Both the position numbers and the translations under genes were made by a program. From Vulcanimicrobiota bacterium (lineage in GTDB: Bacteria > Vulcanimicrobiota > Vulcanimicrobiia > Vulcanimicrobiales > Vulcanimicrobiaceae), in contig CAWETW010000001.1 in NCBI GenBank assembly GCA_963812155.1, positions 64,001 to 128,000 on the forward strand: 64,000 nt of DNA. Reading direction: 5' to 3'. The notes below the pieces were generated by a model. That model saw nothing but the letters and a program-made list of their open reading frames with translations. It was not told where the DNA came from and searched no databases. The first letter of the stretch is position 1; every line of letters begins with the position of its first letter. This document shows, piece by piece, positions 30,715 through 41,903 of this stretch.

Positions 30715-32340
30715 TCAGGGCGCCGGCGACGCGAGCGACCACGCGCCGACGTTCCAAAATGCTCCCGACAGCGACGTCGTCTGATTGCGCAGCTGGTCGG
30801 TGAACGCATTGATCTGCGTCCGGCGGTAGATCAGCGCGATCGGAAGCTGCCGATAGAGCAGCGCTTCGAGCGCGTGGTAGGTGACGGTACGCGCGACGGG
30901 ATCGTAGGTGCTCAAACCGCGCGCGAGCAGCGCGTCAATTTGCGGGTTGCAGATGCGCGATTTGTTATAACCGCGCGGCGGAACGTTGGCGCAGGCGAAC
31001 TGATCGGTCGTATCCGGATCGTCGCCGTTTTCGAACGAGTAGAGCGCCATCTGAAAGTTGCCGCTATAGACGGGGCCGTGCTCCGAGGCCGGCGCGACGA
31101 ACTGCGTGATGTTAAACTGCTTGAGCGTCACGCGGACGCCCACGGCACTTTCGTACTGTACGACGTTATCGGCGACGATGGCGTCCCCTGGCGTAGCGGC
31201 CTGCAGAATGAGCAGGAGATCGAGAGGGCGCCCGTCTTTCGTACGAATGCCGCCGGGGCCAACGTGCCACCCGGCGAGATCGAGCAGCCGTCGCGCCGCG
31301 GCCGGGTCGTAAGGAATATCGGGATACGCATGCGGGTCGTATGCCCAGAGAAAGAGTCCCGCGCCGGCCTGGCGGCTCGAGAGCGCACCGCGATACGCCT
31401 TCGTAATGAGTGCCGGAATGTCGATGGCCTGTGCGAGCGCGTGCCGAACCCGCGGGTCCGCCGTTAACCGGTCTTGCGTGTTGAAGATGATTGCGCCGAC
31501 GGCGTTCTGCACCGTGCTCGTGACGCGGTAGCCGCGCAGCGTCAGCATCTGAGCGTACGTCGCATAGTCTTGGGCGTCGAAGTATCCGTCGACTTCGTGC
31601 GTTTGCAGCAGGTTGAGCGCGGTTTGCGAGTTCGCGATGAACTGCACCGTCATGCGCTTGATGGCGACCGGTCCCTTCCAGTAGTAGGGGTTTGCGCTCA
31701 ACTCGACGCGATCGCCCCGCAGCCAGCGATCGACCCGATACGGCCCAGATCCGAACGGAGCGCCGTTGAAAGGCACTTGGTTGAAGTTGGGAAACGTCGC
31801 CAGCGCGCGTTTGGGAAAGATGGGGAATCCCTGCGGCGCTTCCACCACGACGATCAACGGCGGAAACGGCCGTTTGAGGTGAAGAACGAGCGTCGTCGGC
31901 GTGGGCGCCTCCGCCGCGGCGACGTCGTCATAGGCAAAACGGCTCTGCACGTTGTTGTTCGGATTGTTTATCGCCTCGATCGACCAGGCGCAGTCTTCGG
32001 CCGTGAGCGGCGAGCCGTCCGCAAACCGGATGCCGCGCCGAATGTGATAGACGATCGTCTTTCCGTCGGGACTGATTCCGCCGTTGCTCAGCGTCGGCAC
32101 CGCCTCGGCGACGTCGGGCACGAGCTGCCCGCGATCGTCGTACTTCACGAGGTAGGAGAAGACCAACATCGACCATTCGGTCGACGACGTGCCGTTTTCG
32201 AGGGCTGGATTGAGCGATCGCGGTTCCCATTGCTGCGCGACGACGAACGCGCCCCGACCCTCAGGCCCGCGGGAACACGCGCTGCAGACCATCGCGACGG
32301 CGAAGGTGAGAGCGACGAGAAGTGCCTTTGTGACCGTCAT
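30715..32340 (-). CDS. Peptide ABC transporter substrate-binding lipoprotein (family 5)
   Basis: Lipobox-like SACS, SPDGKTIVYHIR, PFGSGPY, DPRVRHAL. Confidence 0.9.
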   Translation of the reverse strand: MTVTKALLVALTFAVAMVCSACSRGPEGRGAFVVAQQWEPRSLNPALENGTSSTEWSMLVFSYLVKYDDRGQLVPDVAEAVPTLSNGGISPDGKTIVYHIRRGIRFADGSPLTAEDCAWSIEAINNPNNNVQSRFAYDDVAAAEAPTPTTLVLHLKRPFPPLIVVVEAPQGFPIFPKRALATFPNFNQVPFNGAPFGSGPYRVDRWLRGDRVELSANPYYWKGPVAIKRMTVQFIANSQTALNLLQTHEVDGYFDAQDYATYAQMLTLRGYRVTSTVQNAVGAIIFNTQDRLTADPRVRHALAQAIDIPALITKAYRGALSSRQAGAGLFLWAYDPHAYPDIPYDPAAARRLLDLAGWHVGPGGIRTKDGRPLDLLLILQAATPGDAIVADNVVQYESAVGVRVTLKQFNITQFVAPASEHGPVYSGNFQMALYSFENGDDPDTTDQFACANVPPRGYNKSRICNPQIDALLARGLSTYDPVARTVTYHALEALLYRQLPIALIYRRTQINAFTDQLRNQTTSLSGAFWNVGAWSLASPAP

Positions 32341-32466
32341 GGCGGCAGGCATTCGCGCGCGGGGACCCCGAGCCCGGCGTTGGACGTAAGGAAGGAGGCG
32401 CTCCTCTTGGCGGCCTACAGAGTGGCACAGGCCTGCGGGCCATCGATCGAAGAAAGGATCCATTTC

Positions 32467-33021
32467 ATGAATCGTCCCGTACTCTACGCGCTCGGGTGTG
32501 CACTTCTCGCGGCCGGCTTTGCCGCCGCTCCAGTCGCGACGACAGCTCAAATGCCGTCGGCGACGCCGACTCCGGTTCCGATAACGAAGCCGGATTTTTC
32601 GCCCATGAACTTCTACATGGGGACGTGGACCTGCACGCAGCCGCTCCGCGGCGGAACTCGCAGCGAGACCGATGTCTACACGATGAGCAACGACGGCATG
32701 TGGATGATCGATACCGCGACCTCGCCGCCGTTCGACGCATACCGCACCGTCCCGCAGAACTCGATGACGTACATGACCTACGATCCGACGGTCAAACAGT
32801 GGGTCCAGGTGTTTATGGACAACTTTGGCGGATACGGCATGGGATCGTCAAGCGGATGGCAAGGCAACGCCGCAACGTGGTCGGCGACCGGCCTCGACGG
32901 CACGAAGGTCGGCGACGTCGTGACGAAGATAAGCGAAACTCAAACGACCGACGCCAATACGATCACCGATCCTCAGGGAAAGGTGACGACCGTAACGATC
33001 ACCTGTAAGAAGTCGATGTAG
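32467..33021 (+). CDS. Secreted hypothetical protein (beta-barrel-like)
   Basis: RBS GAAAGGA; signal peptide; FYMGTWTC...C. Confidence 0.65.
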   Translation: MNRPVLYALGCALLAAGFAAAPVATTAQMPSATPTPVPITKPDFSPMNFYMGTWTCTQPLRGGTRSETDVYTMSNDGMWMIDTATSPPFDAYRTVPQNSMTYMTYDPTVKQWVQVFMDNFGGYGMGSSSGWQGNAATWSATGLDGTKVGDVVTKISETQTTDANTITDPQGKVTTVTITCKKSM

Positions 33022-33044
33022 CGTCCTGGGACTTCGGGCCTTTC

Positions 33045-33689
33045 CTAGGGTCTGAAGTTGACGATCTGGCTGCCTTCACGGTAATTCGTCCACCACGCGC
33101 TGCCGTCGAAGGTCAATCCACGCGCATCGTCGTTGAGCGCCGCGACCGGATTCGGTTGCGGCGCTTCGTCGTTGAGGTCGAACGTCGCAAGTTTCAGGTT
33201 TTCGAATTCATCGTCGGCCGCGATCATGTAAAACGCGCCGCCGGGCCCGAAGGCAATACCAAGGCAGCGGGTCGGCAACGGAACTTCACGCGTAATTGCA
33301 GCCGCATCGTCGAGCGTGACGATGCGGCGCTTGCCGAGCTGCGTCATGTACAACGTCGACCCGTCGGACGCGAGGTAGGAACCGGTGAGGTCGGGCAGCG
33401 CCGTTTTGCTGGCGCCGTCGAAGCCCTTACTGGGTGTGAAGCGGTAGATGTAGCGATCTTCGTCTTCGCCGATGGCGATCACGATCCGAAATTCTTCGCC
33501 GATGGCCGCGATGCCGTAGGGGCGTCCGGGTGCCGCAAACTCGGCCGAAACCGTCCAGTTGCGCGGATCGATCGCGTAAATCTTATCGGTGTCCCACGCG
33601 CCAACCCAAAGCGTTCCGTTGTGGTAGCAGAGCGGCTGCGGCCGGCCGCCGGGCGATGCGTGCCGCTGTAGTTCTTGTGCCTCGTTCAT
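33045..33689 (-). CDS. Small beta-propeller protein, paralog of 22854..23498
   Basis: SPGGRPQ...LWVG..DTDKIYAIDP.NWTV aligns with SPAPRPQ...LWMG..ETSRIYAIDP.HWTV. Confidence 0.65.
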   Translation of the reverse strand: MNEAQELQRHASPGGRPQPLCYHNGTLWVGAWDTDKIYAIDPRNWTVSAEFAAPGRPYGIAAIGEEFRIVIAIGEDEDRYIYRFTPSKGFDGASKTALPDLTGSYLASDGSTLYMTQLGKRRIVTLDDAAAITREVPLPTRCLGIAFGPGGAFYMIAADDEFENLKLATFDLNDEAPQPNPVAALNDDARGLTFDGSAWWTNYREGSQIVNFRP

Positions 33690-33753
33690 AGCTGCGACGA
33701 CCGGAAAGCGCCCGAAAGGGTTGCACCGATGCGGCTTCGCAGAAAGGAACCTC

Positions 33754-34452
33754 ATGTTTCGCAACCATCTGCTGTTGGCCGCAGCTTTCGTCATGGCGAC
33801 CGGTGCGTGCGCCGGCCGGCCTCCTAACAGCAACGCTTTCCGCGCGAACGTGAGCGAAACGTTGAACGTGCGCTTGGCGCCTGCATTGGTGCCCCAGGCC
33901 ATCCGCGCGCTTCAGGAAAGTGCAACGCTCAACGACTCAAACGTTTCGCTGCAGATACAGCCGACGAGCGCCATGCGCCACACGAGGAACGTAGCGACGG
34001 ACGTGTACACGGCGGCGCTCGATGATGCGCGTACGAAGGCCCAAGCCATCGCCGCCCACGCGCAGGTCGCGTTGGGCAGCGTTCAAAGCGTGATGGAAAT
34101 GGCTCCAGAGGGCAACGGAGCTGAGTATGTCGGGTTTCCGCGACCCGAACGCGTGCCGCTTAAAAGCGTATCCGTCGCTGCGCCCGCCTCCGGCGTCGTT
34201 ACGCTGGCGGTAACATATAGCGCAGGTAACGCGTCGATTTCGGTTTTCGGGACACACGCCGCGCCCGCGCGGCAATATGGTATGGACGACGCCAACGGCC
34301 TTTCGGTTACCATTCGGTCCCGCGACGCGAACCTGGCCGCGGCTCAGCAGCAAATGGCCGGCGCCGAACGGGTCATACGAGACGTCGCTGCACGGTACGG
34401 AGCGACGGCGAACGACATCGTAATAACGACGGCCGATGTCGCGACCTATTGA
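33754..34452 (+). CDS. SIMPL (DUF541)-like lipoprotein
   Basis: AALDDARTKAQAIA....LGSVQSV pattern; GAC lipobox; RBS GAAAGGA. Confidence 0.6.
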   Translation: MFRNHLLLAAAFVMATGACAGRPPNSNAFRANVSETLNVRLAPALVPQAIRALQESATLNDSNVSLQIQPTSAMRHTRNVATDVYTAALDDARTKAQAIAAHAQVALGSVQSVMEMAPEGNGAEYVGFPRPERVPLKSVSVAAPASGVVTLAVTYSAGNASISVFGTHAAPARQYGMDDANGLSVTIRSRDANLAAAQQQMAGAERVIRDVAARYGATANDIVITTADVATY

Positions 34453-34900
34453 CGCCCGGATGCGTGCGCACGCGCTCGCAGATCTCGTTGAGCGCCGCAT
34501 TGCGTCAATGGACGGCCACGAAAAACCTCGTTTGCGTTTTGACAAGGTTGCGTTGCGGTTCGTCGACACGCTGAAAGGCGCCTTAGGTGACGCGGTGCCC
34601 GACGGCGCAACCGTCGCGTTCACGATCGCCGCACCGATACGCGTCGCGTCCAAAACGGCTGTCGAGTTGGAGGAGAAGATTAGAAGGCACCTCGAGCGCC
34701 GCTCGCCTCTGGCGGATATTCGAGAAGCCATTCAGGGAAACGATATTCGAGTTCGGATTCTCAAAAGTCCACGCGGAACACCCAAGGCCGTCGGTTTTGT
34801 CCACACTGCCGAGCCTTCAGCCGCGAAGACCCTTCTCGATATGACGGAATCGGTATTGAAGCCCGTTGATGCTACCAAAGGTATCCATCAAAAGCCGTGA
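34436..34900 (+). CDS. Hypothetical protein
   Basis: Protein-like ORF coupled to both neighbours; start could be 34460. Confidence 0.5.
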   Translation: MSRPIDARMRAHALADLVERRIASMDGHEKPRLRFDKVALRFVDTLKGALGDAVPDGATVAFTIAAPIRVASKTAVELEEKIRRHLERRSPLADIREAIQGNDIRVRILKSPRGTPKAVGFVHTAEPSAAKTLLDMTESVLKPVDATKGIHQKP

Positions 34901-35628
34901 GCGAAGACCCGGACATCGACTCGGGCGGGTGGGATGAATCCGCAGCAGCGTGGATCGGCCAGGTCGGGGACAAGGGTGATTTTGGGCGTCAATTCGTGCT
35001 GGATGAGCCGATGCTCGCCCATATCCGAGGGCGCAGCTTCTCACGAGCGTTGGACGTAGGCTGCGGTGAAGGCAGATTTTGCCGGATGATGCAGAGCGAG
35101 GGAATCGTGACGGTCGGCATCGATCCAACCGTCGCGCTCATAGAGCGTGCGCGCGCGCTCGATCCGGCCGGCGACTATCGAATCGAAAGCGCGGAGAGTT
35201 TCGATTGCGAAGAGAGCGCGTTCGACCTCGTCGTCAGTTATTTAACGCTCGTGGACATCGACGATATCGACAGGGCCATTAGCAACATGTCGCGGGTGCT
35301 CCGGCCAGGCGGTGCCCTGCTGGTAGCGAACCTCACGAGCTTCAATACGGCCGGTATTCCGGAGGGCTGGCGCCGCTGCGGCGTCAGCACTCACTTCTCG
35401 ATCGACCGTTACCTGGAACAGCGATCTGTTTGGGTGGAATGGAATGGAATACGGATCCGCAACTGGCACCGGCCGCTGGAAACGTACATGCGAGCGTTCT
35501 TGAAGGCCGGTCTGCTTCTGCGTGATTTCATCGAACCGTCACCCAGCGGAGGCAATAGAAAAGATGTCGAGCGCTATCGACGCGTACCTTGGTTCCATAT
35601 GATGGAATGGCAGAAACCTGCCCTTTAA
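34897..35628 (+). CDS. Class I SAM-dependent methyltransferase
   Basis: LDVGCGEG, FDLVVS and RVLRPGG motifs. Confidence 0.9.
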   Translation: MSEDPDIDSGGWDESAAAWIGQVGDKGDFGRQFVLDEPMLAHIRGRSFSRALDVGCGEGRFCRMMQSEGIVTVGIDPTVALIERARALDPAGDYRIESAESFDCEESAFDLVVSYLTLVDIDDIDRAISNMSRVLRPGGALLVANLTSFNTAGIPEGWRRCGVSTHFSIDRYLEQRSVWVEWNGIRIRNWHRPLETYMRAFLKAGLLLRDFIEPSPSGGNRKDVERYRRVPWFHMMEWQKPAL

Positions 35629-35664
35629 GACGACTGCTGCAGAACGCCTCTACTCGACGGATTC

Positions 35665-38600
35665 CTAACTACATCCGCTGGTTGCGCCGCAGGAGTCGCA
35701 CTTTTCGCATGCGCCGTTGCGCACCATCGTCAACTGACCGCACTCTGAGCAGGCGTTACCGGTGTAGCCCTTCGCCTTGGATGCGTTGATGGCTTCCGTG
35801 CGTGCTAGGGTCGCGGTTGCGGTGCCCCCCGATCCTCCGGGCGTTATCGTGCCAATCGTTGGAACGGGCGGCGCGGCGATCGCCGCCGCCGAGCCTAGCG
35901 GTTGCTCTGCGGAATGGCCGGGATGCAAATGCGTGCTGACGGGATGCAGCCGTTCGTCGACGCCTGCCGGCCGAACGCGAACGTCACCTTCCTCTTCGGC
36001 GATGAAATCGTCGTGGGGCTCCGGCCCCATGGCGTCCATCTGCATCGACGGCTGCACGTGCGCGAGGTCGTAGCGGCCAAGATAACTGACGGCGAGTTCG
36101 CGGAAGATGTAGTCCAGAATCGACGTTGCCATCTTGATGTGGTCGTGCCCGCTGACCGGACCGTTGGGCTCGAAGCGCGTGAACGTAAACGCTTCCACGA
36201 ACTCCTCGAGCGGAACGCCGTGCTGAAGACCGAGCGAAATCGCGATCGCGAAGTTGTTCATCAACGAACGGAAGGCCGCGCCCTCCTTGTGCATGTCGAT
36301 GAAGATTTCGCCGAGTTGGCCGCCTTCGTATTCGCCGGTCCTCAGGTACACCTTGTGTCCCGAGATGACGGCCTTCTGCGTATAGCCGCTGCGCCGTTGC
36401 GGCATGCGGCGCCGCTTTGCAATGTAGCGGTAGACAATCTTTTCCGCGACTTGCATCGGTGTAGTGAACGGCTGTGTCGGCGCTGCGGACTGCTCTTCCG
36501 TCGTGTCTCCTCCGAGATCGTAGCTGGCAGCCAGAGGCTGCGACAGTTTCGATCCGTCGCGATAGAGTGCGACCGCCTTAATCATGCGCTCCCACGCATA
36601 ACGATAGGCTTCCTTGACATCCGCAATCGTCGCGGTCTGCGGGTAGTTAATCGTCTTACTTATGGCTCCGCTCACGAAAGGTTGTGCCGCTGCCATCATA
36701 TCGACGTGTGCAAGCGGGCGAATGAAACGAGACCCGTAGCGGCCGCAGGGTGTCGCACAGTCGAAGACCGCAAGATGCTCGTCCTTGAGGTAGGGCGCAC
36801 CTTCGACCGTCATGCGTCCGCAAATGTGGGCGGATGCTTCTTCGATCTGCTGCGTCGAAAAGCCAAGCGCGTCGCGCAGGATCGAGAAGCTCCAGTCGTT
36901 CAAGTTCTCATCGGTGATACCAAGTTTTTGACGGCAAAACTCTTCGCCGAGAACGAACTTGTTGAAGACGAAAGGCAGTTCAAAGGCGCTCGGCAGCGCC
37001 GTCTCGATGCGTGCGATGGCCTCGTCGTCGAATCCCTTTGCCTTGAGCGTCGCACGATTAATATGCGGCGCTTCCTCGAGGGTACCAGTTCCCTTAGCGT
37101 ACGTTTCAATCGCTCGGACCTGTTCCTCAGAATATCCGAGCTTATGCAGGGCAGCATCCACGGAATCATTGACTATTTTGAAATAACCGCCGCCCGCAAG
37201 CTTCTTGAAATTTCACGAGCGCAAAGTCCGGCTCGATGCCGGTTGTATCGCACCCCATAACCAGGCCGATTGTTCCGGTAGGTGCGATCACGACAGTTTG
37301 TGCGTTTCGGAAGCCGGCAACTTCGCCGATCGACAGCGCATCGTCCCACATCTTGCGCGCCAACGCCCACGTTTCTTGCGTGAACAGCGTAGGCGCGTGC
37401 GTAACCGGCTTTGTAGATAATTGTTCGTACTCGGCGTCTCGTGCGTTGTACGCAGCGCGCCTATGGTTGCGTATAACCCGCAGCATCGGATCTCGGTTCG
37501 CTTCAAAACGCGCGAACGCGCCCAGTTGTTGCGCCATTTCAGCCGACGTTCGATACGCGGTCCCGGTCATCAGCGCAGAAATTGCAGCGCACCAGCCGAA
37601 ACCTTCCTCAGAATCGTACGGCAAACCCATACGCATGAGCAGCGTGCCGAGATTCGCGTAGCCGAGGCCGAGGGTACGGTACAGGTGATTTTTCTCGGCG
37701 ATGCTTTTCGACGGCATCTGTCCCATGGTGACGGAGATTTCGAGGGTCGTCGTCCACACGCGAGCAGCCTCGGCGAAGCGATTCGCGTCAAAGTTGCCGT
37801 CATCGTTGAGGAATTTAACCGAAATTCAGGCTGCTCAAATTACACGCGGTATCATCTATGAATATGTATTCCGAGCAATTATGTATTCGCAGTCCATTTG
37901 CAACGAAGTGTCCCGTGTCCGATTCGGTTAGATCAAAGACCGCGCGTTCGCCAAGCGGTTCCAGCGCGAGGAATTCGTCAACTAGCGGGTCCGCATAGCA
38001 TCCTACCGAAGCGTTTAATATGCGTAGCGCCTCGGCTTTCAATGATTCTGGATGGAAGCCGATCTCGCGCTCGAAGGTGCGACGCGCAGAACGCGACACT
38101 CGAAGCGAGTGCATCTGCACGACAGCGTACTCTGAATGGCTCCCTCTCCCGTCGGGGCAGTTCGTAGTAAGAGTCGTACGCCGATCGGTATAGAGTTTAG
38201 ACTTGATTCCAAAGGACAGAAGAAGATGCTGCGTTTGGCGAAGTAATGTAATTGACGACGAATCTATCGAAACGTACTGCGACTTGTCGCCATAGTTCGC
38301 CACCGTTCCATCAGCGGTGAATAGTCCCCGAAGAACTTTCGCCGTGGACTCGCGGTCCAACGCGTAGATCGCATCTCTAAAGCGCTTGAGAGCGCTACCT
38401 TCGTTAAGCACGGCATAACGTTGAAAGAACGCAACGATCGAAGCATTTCCGGTCGAAATACGAGCGCCGGTCCCTCTCAACGGTAGCGTAACTGTCGTCG
38501 TCCGCCGGGCCCGGCCGTCAGGCGCATCTGACTTGACTAGATTGATCGCAGCCGCGACGGTTTCAAGAACCGGTTCCTCTTCGGCCGCCATCGTGATGAT

Positions 38601-40392
38601 CAACCCGGGCGTCCGAGAGTTCGTCACGCATCCGTCACCGACAGCTAACCCGATGCCCATCGCAAGACCGGGCTCGATTCGTTCCGTTCCAAACCCCGAG
38701 CCGTGTAGAGCAAGTATGTCGCCGCGTTGGAGTTCGCCGGCCGGCACATCGCCGCGATTTTCTGTCCAAACCTTATGATCGGAAGTAATGTGAACTTGAT
38801 AACCCGACTTCGTTGACAGCCTGTAGACCGGTTTCGATGCCCGTTGGGAAAATGCGATTGACGAAGTGCGGGCGGCCGTCGGCGCCGATGACGAAGGCCG
38901 CCTTGCCGACCAAATCCTCGATCCGCTTGGGACCGTCTGCGGTCGCAACGAGCGTGTCGCCGGTTACGCACGGATTTGTTGCGTTGATGCGCTCGTCGGC
39001 GGCGCAGGTGTGCCACTCTTGTATCGTGTCGTCGAACTGCAAACCGGGGTCGGCCGATTGCCATGCGGCGAGACCGATTTGCTCCCAGAGATCGCGCGCT
39101 TTGAGCGTCTTCGCGACGCCTCCGTTGGTGCGCCACGTAAGATCCCAGTCGGCGTCGTCGTCGACGCGCTTAAAGAATTCATTCGTCAGCCGTACCGAGT
39201 TGTTGGAGTTTTGACCGGATACGGTGATGTAGGCTTCCGAGTCCCAGGCCGTGTCGTATTGCTCCACTTCGAGGTGCGTGTAGCCTTGGCGCGCGTAGTC
39301 GAGCGCGGATTGCGTGGCACCCGACGGAATGCCGAGCGCGATCGCCTCGCGAATGGCGTGCCGCAACCTCGCGTTGAGCGCCGGATCCATGCGCGCGTGT
39401 TCGGGTACGCGCGTGTCGTGGGCGGCCGCGATAATCGCGTTGACGTGCTTTTCGAACATGCGCGACCCGACGACCAAGTCCGCAACCTTACGCTCTTCGC
39501 GCACTTTCCAATTGACGAAACTCTCGATATCGGGATGATCCGCATTGAGGACGACCATCTTGGCCGCGCGGCGCGTCGTGCCGCCGGATTTGATTGCCCC
39601 CGCCGCACGATCGAAAACCTTGAGGAACGACATCAAGCCGCTCGACGTCCCGCCGCCCGTGAGTTTTTCGCCGGCGGCACGCAGCTTCGAAAAATTCGCA
39701 CCGGCGCCGGAGCCGCCCTTAAAGATGCGCGCCTCCCGAATAACGCCGTCGAAAATGCCGCCTTGGTTGACGAGGTCGTCTTCGATTCCCAAAATGAAGC
39801 ACGCGCTGACCTGCGGGTGCGTGAACGAATCCGCCGAGGGCAGCGTTTCGCCGCTGGCGGCATCCACGAAATAATGTCCCTGCGCCGGGCCCGAGATACC
39901 GTACGCCCAGTGCAAGCCGGTATTGAAAAACTGCGGCGAGTTCGGCGCGCCGATTTGACGCGCGAGCATGGCCCGCATTTCGTCGTGATAGATGCGCGCG
40001 TCGTTTTCCGAGTCGAAATAGCCGTGCTTCCAGCCCCAATACGTCCAGCAGCCGGCGAGACGGTCGAAGACCTGGCGAGCGTCGCGTTCCGGGCCGAACT
40101 GTTCGTCGCGCGGAGTTCCGGCGAGCGCGCCCTCGTCGGCGACGGAGCGGCGCAGCCACTCCGGCACGTCGGGCTCCTCGACCCGCGTCGTCGCTTTGGG
40201 CACCCCGGCTTTGCGGCAGTACTTCTGGGCGAGGACGTCGACCGCGACTTGGCTCCAGCTGGCCGGCACCATCACGTCGGGCGCCTCGAAGATCACCGAT
40301 CCGTCGGGATTGACGATTCGGGACGTCCGCGGCTCGAAGTTGATACCTGCGTAGGCGTCGTCGGGGGTCGAGTACGTGCGCTGAAACTTCAT
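35665..40392 (-). CDS. nrdJ: Adenosylcobalamin-dependent (class II) ribonucleotide reductase with intein; frameshifts near 38840, 37830 and 37210
   Basis: [63 protein letters not shown]-like domain; C-terminal CSECG..CDSCG. Confidence 0.93.
37878..38970 (-). mobile_element. Intein with LAGLIDADG homing endonuclease (about 364 aa)
   Basis: Begins [13 protein letters not shown] and ends [10 protein letters not shown] before +1 Cys; block B TSDHKV; endonuclease motifs GLAVGDG and LRGLFTADG. Confidence 0.93.
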
Positions 40393-40526
40393 CTCTACTC
40401 CTTGCCTCTCGCGCGTGCCGGTCGGCGGACCGTAAATCTTCGCCGGCGGCGATACGAACACCTGTTCGCATACAATTGCAATCAACCCCGGTTCCGGACA
40501 CCCATTGTGTCACAGTCCGCCGGGTA

Positions 40527-40565
40527 CCACAAGATATTGGGGTCGCGACCCACAAGTCCTTGTGC
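40527..40565. promoter_or_regulatory. Putative tandem NrdR boxes upstream of nrdJ
   Basis: ccaCAAGATATTGggg (40527-40542) and ccaCAAGTCCTTGtgc (40550-40565) resemble the consensus acaCwAtATaTwGtgt. Confidence 0.55.
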
Positions 40566-40681
40566 GCAGACTGTGGGTAAGGGGAGAAACCGGGGGATGA
40601 AACGGCCGCATTAAGGCCGGCGGCGGAGGCGGTGTGGAAAGGTTCGAGGATACCGGGGATAACCGGTGCAAGCCAGCGCGA

Positions 40682-41167
40682 ATGTTCGGGCCAAACCGAT
40701 TCGCCCCACGGCTTCACGACGTGCCGCACGAAGAGCTCGAAGCCGAGGGCATTCGCGGCCTCATCGTGGACCTCGACAACACGTTGCTCGGCTTTCGCGA
40801 GACCGAACTGGCGCAGGAGCACCTCGAATGGGTGGCTCGCGCCCACGACCGCGGCTTCCGGATCGTCATGCTATCGAACAATTACCGCGCACGCGTGTCG
40901 GCGATCGCAGCGCAGTTGAACGTCGCTTGCATTCCTAACGCACTCAAGCCGCTGCCGTTCGGCTTTTTGCGTGCGGTGCGCGGCTTGGGCCTGCGGCGCC
41001 GTGAGATCGCCGTCGTCGGGGATCAACTCTTCACCGACGTTCTGGGCGGTAAGCTCTGCGGTCTCTATACCATTCTTACCGAACCGATCGAAGCGAAAGA
41101 CTTGGCGCTCACCGGCTTTTTCCGATTTTTCGAGCGCTTGATGCTGCCGAACCGCCGCACGCCGTGA
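40682..41167 (+). CDS. yqeG: YqeG-family HAD IIIA phosphatase
   Basis: DLDNTL, LSNN, KPLP and VGDQLFTDVLGG motifs. Confidence 0.9.
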   Translation: MFGPNRFAPRLHDVPHEELEAEGIRGLIVDLDNTLLGFRETELAQEHLEWVARAHDRGFRIVMLSNNYRARVSAIAAQLNVACIPNALKPLPFGFLRAVRGLGLRRREIAVVGDQLFTDVLGGKLCGLYTILTEPIEAKDLALTGFFRFFERLMLPNRRTP

Positions 41168-41895
41168 AGTTCGCGCTCGTCGGCGACCCGGTCGAACACA
41201 GCGCGAGCCCGCGACTGCATCGAGAGTTTCTCGAAAACGCCGGAATCGACGGCAGTTACGTCGCGCTGCACGTGCCGCGCGGCAGTGCGGTCGACGCGAT
41301 CGCGCGGCTGCGCGCGGAGAACTTCACGGGATGCAACGTCACGTATCCGCTCAAGGAAGAAGCGGTTGCCGCCTGCGACACGCTTACGGAAGAAGCGCGC
41401 AGCGCGAGCGCCGTCAACACGATCTACTTCGGACCGCACACGATCGGCGCGAACACCGACGGCATCGGTGCACGCACCGCAATCGAGTCGCTGCTCGACG
41501 AACCCATCGCTTTGGCGCGCATCGGGGTGCTCGGCTACGGTGCGACCGCGCGCGCAATCCTCGCCGAACTGCACGGCAACGACGCCTATGCCTACGTCTG
41601 GGGCCGCGATGCCGAACGGGTCGGCGCAACGTGTGCGCGCTACGAAGCCGCAGCCTGGCCGGCATCGAACCCACCCGAGATCGTCGTCAGCACGCTGCCC
41701 CCGAATGCCGATTTGCCGTCCGAAGTCATCGCCGGTCTCCAAGCGGCCGACGTGGTCATCGATGCAAACTACGGCCCCCGCGCGACGCTCGAACGCACGC
41801 TCGGACGCGAAGTCGTATCCGGGATCGCAATGCTGGAGGCGCAGGCACGCTCCAGCTTCGATTTTTGGCTCGCCCACGTAACGGGAATCGACTAA
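41164..41895 (+). CDS. aroE: Shikimate dehydrogenase
   Basis: GDPVEHSASP, NVTYPLK, AVNTI, NTDG and GIAMLEAQA motifs. Confidence 0.9.
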   Translation: MKFALVGDPVEHSASPRLHREFLENAGIDGSYVALHVPRGSAVDAIARLRAENFTGCNVTYPLKEEAVAACDTLTEEARSASAVNTIYFGPHTIGANTDGIGARTAIESLLDEPIALARIGVLGYGATARAILAELHGNDAYAYVWGRDAERVGATCARYEAAAWPASNPPEIVVSTLPPNADLPSEVIAGLQAADVVIDANYGPRATLERTLGREVVSGIAMLEAQARSSFDFWLAHVTGID

Positions 41896-41903
41896 CCAGC
41901 GGC

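Noticed and set aside
38773..38948. Naturally split intein or programmed frameshift in nrdJ
   Set aside because: Single-base offset with no RBS or start for a second part and no clear slippery site; similar indels occur throughout the window
40393..40680. Cobalamin riboswitch upstream of nrdJ
   Set aside because: I could not recognise a B12-box or core motifs; an Rfam scan would settle it
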